The position numbers and the translations under genes were made by a program. The notes below the pieces were generated by a model. That model was not told the DNA's origin. It worked only from the letters and a program-made list of their open reading frames with translations, and searched no databases. Shown here piece by piece: positions 9,887 through 19,017 of a stretch of 32,000 nucleotides of DNA (positions are counted from its first letter, which is position 1; every line of letters starts with the position of its first letter). The stretch is from Crocosphaera sp. (GTDB taxonomy: Bacteria; Cyanobacteriota; Cyanobacteriia; Cyanobacteriales; Microcystaceae): contig JASJBX010000056.1 of the NCBI GenBank assembly GCA_030066295.1, positions 1-32,000 of the forward strand, given 5' to 3'.

Positions 9887-10558
9887 TCATAAATCAGCCC
9901 ACTGACGTAATAGATTAGCATGGGTTTTCGCTAATAGATCAAATTCTACAGATTTACCTTCCTTAGCGAAAATAGCACGACGTACCGTGTCAATATCAAA
10001 CAAAATTTCCCTTTTGGCTGTATCTCGGATTAAACTTTGAATCCATCCTACCACCACTAATCTTGTCCCTGTCTTAACTGTTTCTACGCGATGTAAAAAA
10101 GTAGAAGGATAGAAAATAATAGACCCAGCATTTAACTTATAAGAAAGATCCCCCTCTGGTTTTTCGATGATTAACTCTCCCCCTTCATAACTGTCAGGAG
10201 AACTCAAAAATAAGGTAAAGGAGACATCAGAGCGAAAAAACTGCTTACCCCCCATTAAAGCATTATCCGTGTGACTGCCGTAGTGCATTTCCGGTTCATA
10301 GCGACTAAACCGTAGGGAGTGAATCTGTTTCGGGTTAATGGCTAGTTTGAATAATAAGTTACGTTGTAGGGCGTTAATGACCAAATCTTCTAGAGGTTTA
10401 ACATCGGGAGACGTTTTCTCTAGTTGCTGATTCTGTTTAACGAGCTTAGCGTGCCATCCGGCTGTGGTTTGACCATCTACAAAGTTACTTCGGGAGAGGG
10501 TTGTGGTGAGTTGGGTTAGTTCTTCAGGCGTGACAATATTATCAATGGTCAAAATCAT
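9887..10558 (-). CDS. Fe(II)/2-oxoglutarate-dependent PKHD-type hydroxylase (PiuC/YbiX family)
   Basis: 223 aa. The N-terminus is MILTIDNIVTPEEL..FVDGQTTAG. The facial triad is HTD ... LHRV, and the overall length and layout match YbiX/PiuC. Confidence 0.8.
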   Translation of the reverse strand: MILTIDNIVTPEELTQLTTTLSRSNFVDGQTTAGWHAKLVKQNQQLEKTSPDVKPLEDLVINALQRNLLFKLAINPKQIHSLRFSRYEPEMHYGSHTDNALMGGKQFFRSDVSFTLFLSSPDSYEGGELIIEKPEGDLSYKLNAGSIIFYPSTFLHRVETVKTGTRLVVVGWIQSLIRDTAKREILFDIDTVRRAIFAKEGKSVEFDLLAKTHANLLRQWADL

Positions 10559-10701
10559 CGTTATTCTTGAGTTGTGGCTGTCTTGTTTCCCATTATCTCA
10601 ACTTATTATCCATCTATAAGATATATTTATTGGCAATTTTTGACAGTCTTTCTTAAAATAGAGGCTTTAAGTTAAGATTCGATTAATTGAGGCAACCCAT
10701 A

Positions 10702-10944
10702 ATGAACTCTAAAGCGATTCAACTATTAGTGACTCTTGGTTTAGTAACAACTCTTGGTGCTTGTGGCGGCGGTGGTACGGAGACAACTGCCCCTACTGAA
10801 GCCCCTGCTGAAGAAGCCACCGAAGAAACCACTGAAGCCGAACCCAAGGCGACTGAAGGTGGCGAAGGCGGCGAAGGTGGCGAAGGTGGCGAAGGGGACG
10901 AAGGTGGTGAAGGTGGTGAAGGTGGTGAAGGTGGTGAAGGCTAA
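10702..10944 (+). CDS. Small acidic lipoprotein with C-terminal (GGE)n tail
   Basis: The start at ATG 10702 gives MNSKAIQLLVTLGLVTTLGAC with the lipobox L-G-A-C. The mature part is T/E/A/P-rich and ends EGGEGGEGGEGGEGDEGGEGGEGGEGGEG. The track start at 10687 is a TTG and less likely. Confidence 0.6.
   Translation: MNSKAIQLLVTLGLVTTLGACGGGGTETTAPTEAPAEEATEETTEAEPKATEGGEGGEGGEGGEGDEGGEGGEGGEGGEG
10855..10941 (+). repeat. 9-bp tandem repeat (GAAGGYGGY), about 9.7 units, coding for GGE
   Basis: Read directly. The first half uses GGCGAAGG variants and the last four units are identical GGTGAAGGT. Confidence 0.95.
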
Positions 10945-10971
10945 TGTTTCCCCCCCTTAAACCCTAAGTCA

Positions 10972-11019
10972 AAAGCTGTTGGTTTGCTTCTGAGAAATAT
11001 TAGAAATACCAACAGCTTT
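10972..11019. terminator. 12-bp perfect inverted repeat between convergent genes
   Basis: AAAGCTGTTGGT (10972-10983) pairs with ACCAACAGCTTT (11008-11019), with a 24-nt loop. It lies between the lipoprotein stop and the stop of the 11056-11496 ORF. Confidence 0.45.
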
Positions 11020-11055
11020 GGCTCATTGAGGCTTGAGAATTGAGTTAAAACGAGA

Positions 11056-11496
11056 TTATTTATTATCGACTTTCACTTGAATAACACTGAGAATAGGGGT
11101 TCTAAACGTTAATAAGATAATCAAACTAAGGATGTGAATTAACCAATGGGAAATGACCAGACCCCAGATAACACAAGCCAAAGCACTCGCAAACGCTAAG
11201 ACCCCAAAAATATCATTCCCTGTGCGTTGGTACCAAACCACACTGCCAATAGCAGTGATTAGGAATAAGAGTGGGAAAATTGGCAGGATCATAGCAATTA
11301 CCTTTGAATTGTTGGGTGAGGTTAGATTTTTAAGAAATGATTCGTAACGTCTCATTCCCCTAATGTGTGTCTTGTTTATAACGATAGCATTACTTTTCTC
11401 AGAATTTGGATAATATAAATTATCTAGCGGGGATCTTGTAAGAAATCTTTGCATAACTTCAAACTTGACCGTAGTAATCCCAAAAATCAGGCTCAT
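11056..11496 (-). CDS. Hypothetical small membrane protein (start uncertain)
   Basis: The C-terminal half is three hydrophobic helices (MILPIFPLLFLITAIGSVVW.. VLAFASALACVIWGLVISHWLIHILSLIILL). Alternative starts are at 11355 and 11292. I recognise no family. Confidence 0.45.
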   Translation of the reverse strand: MSLIFGITTVKFEVMQRFLTRSPLDNLYYPNSEKSNAIVINKTHIRGMRRYESFLKNLTSPNNSKVIAMILPIFPLLFLITAIGSVVWYQRTGNDIFGVLAFASALACVIWGLVISHWLIHILSLIILLTFRTPILSVIQVKVDNK

Positions 11497-11543
11497 TTCA
11501 TGAATAAATGTTGAGGAGTTAAGAGTATTTTAGGGATTTATCA

Positions 11544-13046
11544 CTAAGAGGAAAACTCAATTTTGCTGAAGAACTCCAGCAGCCAATTTTTGAGGTGAAG
11601 GGTGGCCAAACAATCATCTTCGTTATAACGCAAAATAGAACTGAGACAACTGCGATCCCCTGTGGTTAACCATTGGTCGTACCAGCAAACGCATTGATCC
11701 CCACTTATTCCAGCATCCCGCCAATGAAACCCTAACCAGTTGGCCAAAGACTTAAGGGAGTAATTTTCTACCGGGAGAATTACGGAGGTAATTACACAGT
11801 GATGAAGGTCGATTAAACGGGATAATAAATGTTGAATTTGAGGGTCAGGAGTTTTATACAGCTTTCCTAAACGTTTGATGGTATCTTTTTCATAGTCTGA
11901 AAAGTGAAAAATAGGAGCGTGATCATAAGTATTGACTAACTCTAAAAACTGCTGCCAAATAACCCCTTCTTCTTCAGGAGTCTCTGCTAGAAAAGGATAA
12001 AAGATTTGGGTTTGGGTCAACCGATCAACCACCACAACCCCCAGTAAATAATCAACATTCCGTTCCGGTTCGGCTTCAATATCAAAATAAAGTTCAATCC
12101 TGCGGGGAGAAAGAATCTCAGGCAAATTATACTGGGATTGAGGCCGAGCAAGAGGATGGTTATGGACCAGGGAATGAGCCTGTTGTTGCAATTTCTCAGC
12201 GAGTTCAGTACCCATCAGTTCCTTGATACTGTCTAAGTTAGCCTTAGCTAGAGAATCAGTGGTGAGGATTCCAATTTCTTGTAGGGACTGATAACGACTG
12301 GGAGTGACTCCTGGAACCAGAGACAGATGTTGTTGAGATTGAGCGATCGCATGACAATAACTGTACCACCGACACAGATTACATCGTTGTCTGGCAATAA
12401 ATACGTCCGGTTCGTCTGCTGTTTCGAGAATTGTTACACATTCCTCTAAAATAAGCTGTAACTTTGGTAACCACTGCACTATATCCACGGAAGAATGTTT
12501 CAGAGGACGGATAATTAATTCTGCAATGGGAGGGGTGCTTTCTTGGATAATGGCTAATAATTGAGCATAAAATGTGGCAACGAGCTTATATTCTGGTTTC
12601 GCCTTGCGGCCTAAATGAATACTGATGGGATAATAAAACCAATCCCCAAATTTAGACTGGCCAGGTTGTTTAATTAATAAATGGGGTTTTCCTAAATAAT
12701 CATAACCAAACGGCAGAATTCTCGGAGAATTTTCCCGCCACTCAATGGAGTTTGAACATTGATCATCAACCCATAATATGCCTTTATAGATACAATCAAC
12801 CCCTTGCTGCATTAAAACTTCGGTCGCTTGTGCTTTTTCTTGCCAACTACTTTGTGAGAATGGAAGTCTTTCATAATGGGGATAATAGGTATCTAAAACT
12901 GAGGCAATATGACGTTTATTTTCCTGTCGAAGTCTGTCCAAAAAATCCCGTTCTTGATCTTGCTGTGTGGGATCACCATGAAGGTTGAGAAAAGCTCGGC
13001 GTGAACATCGTTTATAATCCAGTAGTAGAGAATCAGTGATTAGCAT
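11544..13046 (-). CDS. TM0106-family RecB-like putative nuclease with C-terminal RNase H-like (YprB-type) domain
   Basis: 500 aa. The N-terminus MLITDSLLLDYKRCSRRAFLNLHGDP is characteristic of this family. It has a Cys cluster CNLCRWYSYC, and ELYFDIEAEP begins the exonuclease-like domain. Confidence 0.8.
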   Translation of the reverse strand: MLITDSLLLDYKRCSRRAFLNLHGDPTQQDQERDFLDRLRQENKRHIASVLDTYYPHYERLPFSQSSWQEKAQATEVLMQQGVDCIYKGILWVDDQCSNSIEWRENSPRILPFGYDYLGKPHLLIKQPGQSKFGDWFYYPISIHLGRKAKPEYKLVATFYAQLLAIIQESTPPIAELIIRPLKHSSVDIVQWLPKLQLILEECVTILETADEPDVFIARQRCNLCRWYSYCHAIAQSQQHLSLVPGVTPSRYQSLQEIGILTTDSLAKANLDSIKELMGTELAEKLQQQAHSLVHNHPLARPQSQYNLPEILSPRRIELYFDIEAEPERNVDYLLGVVVVDRLTQTQIFYPFLAETPEEEGVIWQQFLELVNTYDHAPIFHFSDYEKDTIKRLGKLYKTPDPQIQHLLSRLIDLHHCVITSVILPVENYSLKSLANWLGFHWRDAGISGDQCVCWYDQWLTTGDRSCLSSILRYNEDDCLATLHLKNWLLEFFSKIEFSS

Positions 13047-13341
13047 TATTATTCAGAAATTTCCTCTCATTGTTAATTATCCCCTCATCCGTTATCACTG
13101 ATCAGTTTTTAGCTGTCCACCCTCCCCATCTCCCCACAGAGGAACTTGCTAGGAAAATAATAAGTCTAATCAGCTAGGAGTCTATATTCAAGGTATTTAA
13201 GGAAAAATTTAGGTTATTGAGTCAACGATTTTGAACTGAATCTGATAAGGTGGAAAAGTTATCCTAGACTCAAAAGAGTTTCTGGGACTCTATAATCAAA
13301 ATTCAGTATACATATCCCTATAGAATGTGAGGTTAATTGTG

Positions 13342-14088
13342 ATGAAATCATTAATCCGTTGGAGTGCGACTCTCGGTTTATTAGGCAGTACCCTGATAGG
13401 CACTTGGTTCGGTCAAATGCCGAAAGTTTTAGCCCTTCCTGAAGCTGATGTTATTAAAGTGTTGCAAGGGGTTCCTGTTTTTACTATCACCACTGACCAG
13501 GGCGGTCCCTTGATTGCGACCCTAGAAGACGACCAAAAGGTAACACAAGTCTTTATGAGTCAGCAAGACGCCAACAAATTTCTAAATCAACTCAAAGAAA
13601 GTCAGCCAGACATAGGTAATAGGGTTAGAGTACAGCCGGTATCTTTGGGAGAAGTTTATCGTTTCGCCTTGGCCAATAACACAGACACACAGTCTTTAAA
13701 ATTTGCTTATATTCCCATGCAAAGTGCGGTAGAGTCTGCCAAAAAAGTGTTAAACGATAATGGACAGCAATATCAGGGCGGGGTTCCCCTCTTTACCCTA
13801 CGCGGGGGTCCAGAAAATAGTATCTTAACCATTCAACAAGATAATCAAGAAGTGATTCCCTTCTTCTTTGAAAAAGCCCCCATTCAGGCGATCGCAGAGC
13901 AAATGAAAAAAGATCAGCCTGATATTGCCCCAACCGTGCAGATCGAAGTCGTTCCCCTAGAAAATGTCATTGGTTTACTACAAATGAAGGATGATGCCAT
14001 GCTCAAACAAATACAGTTGATTCCTTCCCAAGAAACCATGAAATTTATTCAGGATGCCATTCAATCTCAGCAAAACCAAGGCCAATAA
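13342..14088 (+). CDS. Tic22-like periplasmic protein, copy 1
   Basis: The signal peptide is MKSLIRWSATLGLLG. The blocks GVPVFTIT, VFMSQQDANKFL, YIPMQ and LTIQQDNQEVIPFFFEKA are as in cyanobacterial Tic22 homologues. I prefer ATG 13342 over the GTG at 13327 by analogy with copy 2. Confidence 0.75.
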   Translation: MKSLIRWSATLGLLGSTLIGTWFGQMPKVLALPEADVIKVLQGVPVFTITTDQGGPLIATLEDDQKVTQVFMSQQDANKFLNQLKESQPDIGNRVRVQPVSLGEVYRFALANNTDTQSLKFAYIPMQSAVESAKKVLNDNGQQYQGGVPLFTLRGGPENSILTIQQDNQEVIPFFFEKAPIQAIAEQMKKDQPDIAPTVQIEVVPLENVIGLLQMKDDAMLKQIQLIPSQETMKFIQDAIQSQQNQGQ

Positions 14089-14165
14089 AATCGTCACTCA
14101 ACTTAAAGATCCCCAACTTAAACCCTTGGGGATTTTCCTTTGTTATACTGATCAGCAAAAACGCC

Positions 14166-14906
14166 ATGAAGAGTATTATTCGTTGGAGTTTAACCCTAGG
14201 AATTCTGATTAACCCGGTTAGTAACCTGAGCTTAATAAAACCAACTCCAGTGGTTGCTTTACCACAGTCGGAAATTGTGGAATTTTTGTCGGGGGTTCCT
14301 GTTTATAGTGTACTCAGTCAAGAAGGATTGCCCATTGGTCGTCAATTAGAGGATGGGGATATCGTCACCCCTGTATTCATGAGTCGCACAGAAGCTCAAG
14401 CGTTTGTCACAGAGTTGGGGAAAATAGACCCTGAGATGGCAAGGTCCTATCGTATTCGCGTTCTCCCCCTCAGTCGTATCTATGAAATTGCACGGGAAAC
14501 TTCGACCAATTCCACCCGTCTGTTCTTGGATTATATTCCCAGTGCCAGAGAATTACAGGCCGCTCGTGCATTAGTCAGCGAAAAAGGTCAAAAATATCCA
14601 GGGGATGTGCCTTTATATCTAGCGAAAATTGAATCCGATCAATCTTATTTAACGATCAAACAAGATGATCAAGAAATTGTCCCTATCTTCTTTGAAAAAG
14701 CAACGATTGATCAATGGATCGATACCATTAGTCAAACTCAACCCAACCTTGGTCAGACGATAGATATTAATGTTATTTCTTTGAGCAGTTTAATTGCTAA
14801 CTTGGAAAAAAATGACAATGCGTTACTGAGGAGTTTACGGTTCTGGCCCTCTGAGGAAATGATGAAGATTATTCGCTCGAATTCCGAAAATCAACCCCAA
14901 CTTTAA
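14166..14906 (+). CDS. Tic22-like periplasmic protein, copy 2 (tandem paralogue)
   Basis: It is colinear with copy 1: MKSIIRWSLTLG, GVPVYSV, VFMSRTEAQAFV, YIPS and LTIKQDDQEIVPIFFEKA. Confidence 0.75.
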   Translation: MKSIIRWSLTLGILINPVSNLSLIKPTPVVALPQSEIVEFLSGVPVYSVLSQEGLPIGRQLEDGDIVTPVFMSRTEAQAFVTELGKIDPEMARSYRIRVLPLSRIYEIARETSTNSTRLFLDYIPSARELQAARALVSEKGQKYPGDVPLYLAKIESDQSYLTIKQDDQEIVPIFFEKATIDQWIDTISQTQPNLGQTIDINVISLSSLIANLEKNDNALLRSLRFWPSEEMMKIIRSNSENQPQL

Positions 14907-14959
14907 TGTCGGTAAGGGGTCTCCCGTTAACGTTCGTATAACGGGAGGGGAATTACCGA
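14907..14959 (+). terminator. Long imperfect hairpin directly after Tic22 copy 2
   Basis: GTCGGTAA (outer 8 bp) and a 10-bp inner stem (TCTCCCGTTA / TAACGGGAGG, one G-U pair) are separated by a 4x4 internal loop, with hairpin loop ACGTTCGTA. It starts 1 nt after the stop codon. There is no clear U-tract. Confidence 0.45.
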
Positions 14960-15048
14960 CCAAAAAATAAACCGACCGTAGGGAGTCCTTCCAGACGAGA
15001 TAGGATGTCAGGAGTGATGACCTGGCGACGATATTTAGTAAAGAAGAT

Positions 15049-15954
15049 ATGGCCTCTGTTTTTCCCATCTCTGGACAAGAATTAGCTCAATGGTATCATT
15101 GGGCCAAACAAGAAGCGATCGCTGCTCATATCTCCCCCTCCGAGGTAGACTGGTTACTGCAAGCGGTGAGTCCCTTGGATGGTTTATCGTTGCGCTTAGG
15201 ACTATTCAAAGAGCGATCGCCCATTCCCCTAAAATACCCTTTATGGGAATTATCCCAACTATGGCAACGTCGAGTTAAACAAAAAGTCCCCCTACAATAT
15301 TTGGTGGGAGTCACTCCTTGGCGACACTTTTCTCTGAAAGTCTCCCCTGATGTCTTAATTCCTCGTCCCGAAACGGAGTTAATGATTGATTTTGTCGTCG
15401 AAGCTGCTAAAAATAGTCCTAACCCTGATCTGCTCTCTGGCCATTGGGTGGATCTCGGAACGGGAAGTGGTGCGATCGCCCTCGGCCTAGCAGATAGTTT
15501 TCCCCAAGCTACTATTCATGCTGTGGATACTAGCAGCAAAGCGTTAGCGATTGCCCAAGAAAATGCTATCCATGAAAGACTTTCTGCTAAAATTCACTTT
15601 TATCAAGGATCGTGGTGGACTCCTTTAGACCCTTTAAAGGGACAAGTGAGTGGGATGGTGTCTAACCCTCCTTATATCCCCACCTCTTTGCTGTCTCAAC
15701 TCCAACCAGAGGTGAAAGAACATGAACCCATACTTGCTTTAGACGGGGGAGATGACGGTTTAGATGCCATTACTTATCTTATCAAGACTTCTCCCGATTA
15801 TCTCGTGTCCGGGGGCATTTTTTTAGTAGAAATGATGGCGGGACAAGGGGAAGACGTGAAACAATTATTAGAAGCATCGGGTTGTTATCAGGGGATTGAG
15901 ATTTTACCGGATTTAGCAGGGATTGGTCGTTTTGTTGTAGCGTATCTGGGTTAA
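15049..15954 (+). CDS. prmC: Peptide chain release factor N5-glutamine methyltransferase
   Basis: 301 aa. It has the GTGSGAIAL SAM motif, the VSNPPYIP (NPPY) motif and EPILALDGG. Confidence 0.9.
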   Translation: MASVFPISGQELAQWYHWAKQEAIAAHISPSEVDWLLQAVSPLDGLSLRLGLFKERSPIPLKYPLWELSQLWQRRVKQKVPLQYLVGVTPWRHFSLKVSPDVLIPRPETELMIDFVVEAAKNSPNPDLLSGHWVDLGTGSGAIALGLADSFPQATIHAVDTSSKALAIAQENAIHERLSAKIHFYQGSWWTPLDPLKGQVSGMVSNPPYIPTSLLSQLQPEVKEHEPILALDGGDDGLDAITYLIKTSPDYLVSGGIFLVEMMAGQGEDVKQLLEASGCYQGIEILPDLAGIGRFVVAYLG

Positions 15955-16164
15955 TGTAATGGCTGTATATAGAAAAAAATCTATTAAAAACAATGTTAAA
16001 ATATAATATAATCTATACTTATTATTTTGATTAACTTTTTTTTATAGTTTAGTGGCTTAAATATAAGTTTTTTTAACACAAAGATGCTAAACTAATTGAT
16101 GAGATTAATACGGGATCACCATAAGGCTTAATCAGTAATTTAAGTGTTATTTGCATGACTTTCG

Positions 16165-16196
16165 GGTGCGTTTTTGACGCACCTTTTTATTTTTTT
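16165..16196 (+). terminator. Canonical intrinsic terminator (plus strand)
   Basis: GGTGCGT (16165-16171), loop TTTTG and ACGCACC (16177-16183) are followed by TTTTTATTTTTTT (16184-16196). It lies 210 nt after the prmC stop. Confidence 0.65.
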
Positions 16197-16279
16197 CTAT
16201 AGACTTATAATTATACTGTCCTTTTGGAAGTTTCTCAATTTCAGTAATGCCAACCCTCATTATAATTCCTCATTATTTA

Positions 16280-18016
16280 CTAATTTTCATGACTTTCTAC
16301 AGAGCCATTAACCTGATGATGATTAGGGTTTAATAAGTTAGTAATGGGGTCGACACGAAATCCTGGGGCGGTATAATTTTCGGGTAAATAATCGGCTGGA
16401 ATAGTATTATGATTCCCGTCACGAATGGCACTATAATGAGGGGATAATATTTCAATATCAGCTTCGTTACATTTGTCTTGAATATTTTGGTGTAACTCCG
16501 AATAAATCTCTGCCATTTTGGTTGACTCATTGGTATAAGCATTAATTTCATAACTAACATAAAAATCGTTTAACCCGGTTTGTAAGACAAAGGGTAACGG
16601 ACTTTTTAAGATACAATTAGTAGATTGAGCAGCAGTAATTAACACCTGATGAACTTTACGCCAAGGAATATCATAACCCAGGGTGATAGTGGTATGTAAA
16701 ATCAAAGGTCTTTTTAAGTCTCGTTTTAAGGCACTATAATTAATAACATTACTATTAATAATGACAGAGTTGGGAATAGTAATAACAACATTTTTAACCG
16801 TTCTAATTCTCGTAACCAATAGGTTTTTTTCCAGAACATCTCCTACCGCATCCCCAATTTTTACCCGATCAGATAGTTGAAATGCACGAGTATAAATCAA
16901 CACTAAACCTGATACTGTATTAGAAATAACTCCTGTCGAACCCAAGGTAAATAAAAGAGCAGCAAAAGCCGAAACCCCCTTAAATGCAGGAGAATTAAAC
17001 CCCGGTAAGTAGGGGAAAGCAAACACCGCAGCTAACATAATCGTTAGCCAACTTAGCAGTCGATAAGTGGGTTGGGCCCATTCAGGATAAAAGCCAGAAA
17101 ATTGTAAATTTCCTGTTTCTATCTCGTTGAAAAGAAAGTTTAAAAATCGTAAAATATAATAGGTTAAATAAATAATAACACCGACAACAAAAATATTAGG
17201 TAAATAACCCATTAATCCACTAAAGACAGTATTAATAGCACGAATCAAATAATCAAATAATAAGTTAGAGATTTTTCTGGTTTGGGGAAAGAAACCTAAA
17301 ACAATAGGAACAAATATATAAAGAATAAAAAAAGTTAACGTTAGCCGAACAATTTTAATAATAGTTTTAAAGGTTTTTGTTAATCTTTCTGCGGATAAAA
17401 GTTCAAGATTTTTGATACGAATAGATGGAATCAAGGTTCCTTGCCAACTTTCTAAACGAGCATTTACATAAGGAAAAATCAAGTCAAATATTTTTAAGAT
17501 TAATAATAAAATCAATAAACTGATGATCGTACAAATAACACCAATAACCCAATAAAAAGGACGACGTTCAAGTTGATAGGCTTTTAAGGCTTTTTTGAAA
17601 GCGTTTAAATTAACTTCTGCTAACTCTTGACGGGAACTATCGGCAGCCATTGCATCATCTGTTGTTACCGTCATTAATGTTTTTCTATTAAATAAAATGA
17701 TAACAATATTACCTTGATCATCGAGATCAAACTTATCATCAGTAATTTCAATGCGACTATTATTAGCAATATTATTTAAGCGACGGATGATAATATCGGC
17801 TCTCTCTTCGGCAGATAAAGATCCATTACCTTCATAAATAGTTAATAGGTTAGTATGGTCAAAAATGACAGGGAATCCTTTATGATCCGTCGTATTTCCC
17901 AAGCTAAAATCAGGAAAAAAACTGCTTTGAAATACCACCCATAAAAAAGTAATGATTCCTATAACAATAGTCTGACACTGCTTATGTTTATGAAAGTTTA
18001 CCAAATAAGGTTTCAT
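16280..18016 (-). CDS. Mechanosensitive ion channel, MscS family
   Basis: 578 aa. Several TM helices are followed by the MscS beta-domain signature SDRVKIGDAVGDVLEKNLLVTRIRTVKNVVITIPNSVII. Confidence 0.8.
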   Translation of the reverse strand: MKPYLVNFHKHKQCQTIVIGIITFLWVVFQSSFFPDFSLGNTTDHKGFPVIFDHTNLLTIYEGNGSLSAEERADIIIRRLNNIANNSRIEITDDKFDLDDQGNIVIILFNRKTLMTVTTDDAMAADSSRQELAEVNLNAFKKALKAYQLERRPFYWVIGVICTIISLLILLLILKIFDLIFPYVNARLESWQGTLIPSIRIKNLELLSAERLTKTFKTIIKIVRLTLTFFILYIFVPIVLGFFPQTRKISNLLFDYLIRAINTVFSGLMGYLPNIFVVGVIIYLTYYILRFLNFLFNEIETGNLQFSGFYPEWAQPTYRLLSWLTIMLAAVFAFPYLPGFNSPAFKGVSAFAALLFTLGSTGVISNTVSGLVLIYTRAFQLSDRVKIGDAVGDVLEKNLLVTRIRTVKNVVITIPNSVIINSNVINYSALKRDLKRPLILHTTITLGYDIPWRKVHQVLITAAQSTNCILKSPLPFVLQTGLNDFYVSYEINAYTNESTKMAEIYSELHQNIQDKCNEADIEILSPHYSAIRDGNHNTIPADYLPENYTAPGFRVDPITNLLNPNHHQVNGSVESHEN

Positions 18017-18256
18017 TTTAATTGATTAATTTTTGCTGATGAGGGACCAATAGAGTAATGTTGCCTAAACTTTGAGGAATAAGACCCATTATTTTAGATT
18101 AATTTTAGAAACCACTGAATTTTTATAACCGTTGTTAGAGTCAATTTAATCTCTTCAAATCTAAAGATGTTGTGAAAATAACTATCAAACTAAGAAAAAA
18201 CGTTTAAAAAAGAGAACGAAGGTAAATAAATACAAAGAGGTCTTGGTTGACTTTTT

Positions 18257-18982
18257 ATGGAACAAATAATACAAAATTCCCTGTTTACTCCCTATTTGGC
18301 CTTACATATTCCCGATGGCTTTTTGAATCCTGGTGTTAGCTTATTTTGTTGGGTGATCACCATTGTTTTAATTGCCGTTTCTTTACAGAAAGTACAAAAA
18401 GACTATCAAGAAAGAACCGTCCCGTTGATGGGGGTTTGTGCAGCCTTTATTTTTGCAGCGCAAATGATTAACTTTCCCATTCCTGGGGGAACTTCCGGCC
18501 ATTTAGTCGGGGGAACCCTGGCAGCGATTATCCTAGGTCCGTGGGCAGGAACTTTAGTGGTAACCGTGGTGTTTATCGTTCAAGCAGTTTTATTCCAAGA
18601 TGGCGGTTTAACCGTTTTAGGAGCAAATATCTTGAATATGGGACTGATTGGAACCTTTTGCGGATATTATCTCTATAAAGCCATTCGTTTGTCCCTAGGT
18701 CGAAATTCTTGGAAAAGCATGACCACTGCAACGGTAGTGGCAGCTTGGTGTAGTGTGGTGATTGCTGCGATCGCCACTGCTTTACAATTAGCCTTATCAG
18801 GAACCGTTCCCTTAATGGTATCCATGATTGCTATGGTATCCTGGCACATTTTCATCGGTGTTGGAGAAGCCATAATTACTGTAATCGCGGTGGGATTTGT
18901 TTGGCGATCGCGTCCCGATCTCATCTACGATCGTCCTTCATCTCTCAAGTTAGATGTCAGAGAAAATGTTCATAGTTCATAG
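18257..18982 (+). CDS. cbiM: ECF-type cobalt/nickel transporter substrate-capture component CbiM/NikM
   Basis: 241 aa with the HIPDGFL motif and 6-7 TM helices (GGTSGHLVGG, FQDGG). Confidence 0.85.
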   Translation: MEQIIQNSLFTPYLALHIPDGFLNPGVSLFCWVITIVLIAVSLQKVQKDYQERTVPLMGVCAAFIFAAQMINFPIPGGTSGHLVGGTLAAIILGPWAGTLVVTVVFIVQAVLFQDGGLTVLGANILNMGLIGTFCGYYLYKAIRLSLGRNSWKSMTTATVVAAWCSVVIAAIATALQLALSGTVPLMVSMIAMVSWHIFIGVGEAIITVIAVGFVWRSRPDLIYDRPSSLKLDVRENVHSS

Positions 18983-19017
18983 AAATATTAACCCTTAACC
19001 AAAGAATAATTCTGAAA

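Noticed and set aside
10754-10960. 68-aa ORF with KVAKVAKVVKVVK repeats
   Set aside because: It is an alternate frame of the 9-bp repeat. The lipobox-bearing frame (10702-10944) is the plausible one.
14835-15068. 77-aa minus-strand ORF
   Set aside because: It spans the Tic22 3' end, the terminator hairpin and the prmC start in antisense, and shows no family features.
16330-16560. Nested or alternate-frame ORFs inside long genes (also 5759-5983, 6896-7102, 7775-7984, 11153-11347, 12752-12988, 15090-15314, 18673-18924, 19611-19859, 21505-21735, 23474-23689, 24854-25042, 25588-25809, 31560-31817)
   Set aside because: Each lies entirely within a longer ORF that has clear family motifs. None has a recognisable domain.
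18035-18042. CTGATGAG, a hammerhead-ribozyme core-like box upstream of cbiM
   Set aside because: No complementary stem II is followed by a GAAA at the right distance. The nearest GAAAC (~18110) cannot be joined by a helix.
18017-18256. Expected cobalamin riboswitch (or NikR site) upstream of cbiM
   Set aside because: I found no B12-box or conserved GGGAA..GGTG..CC..GCCACTG core, only an isolated CCACTG. A NikR-type site cannot be judged by eye.
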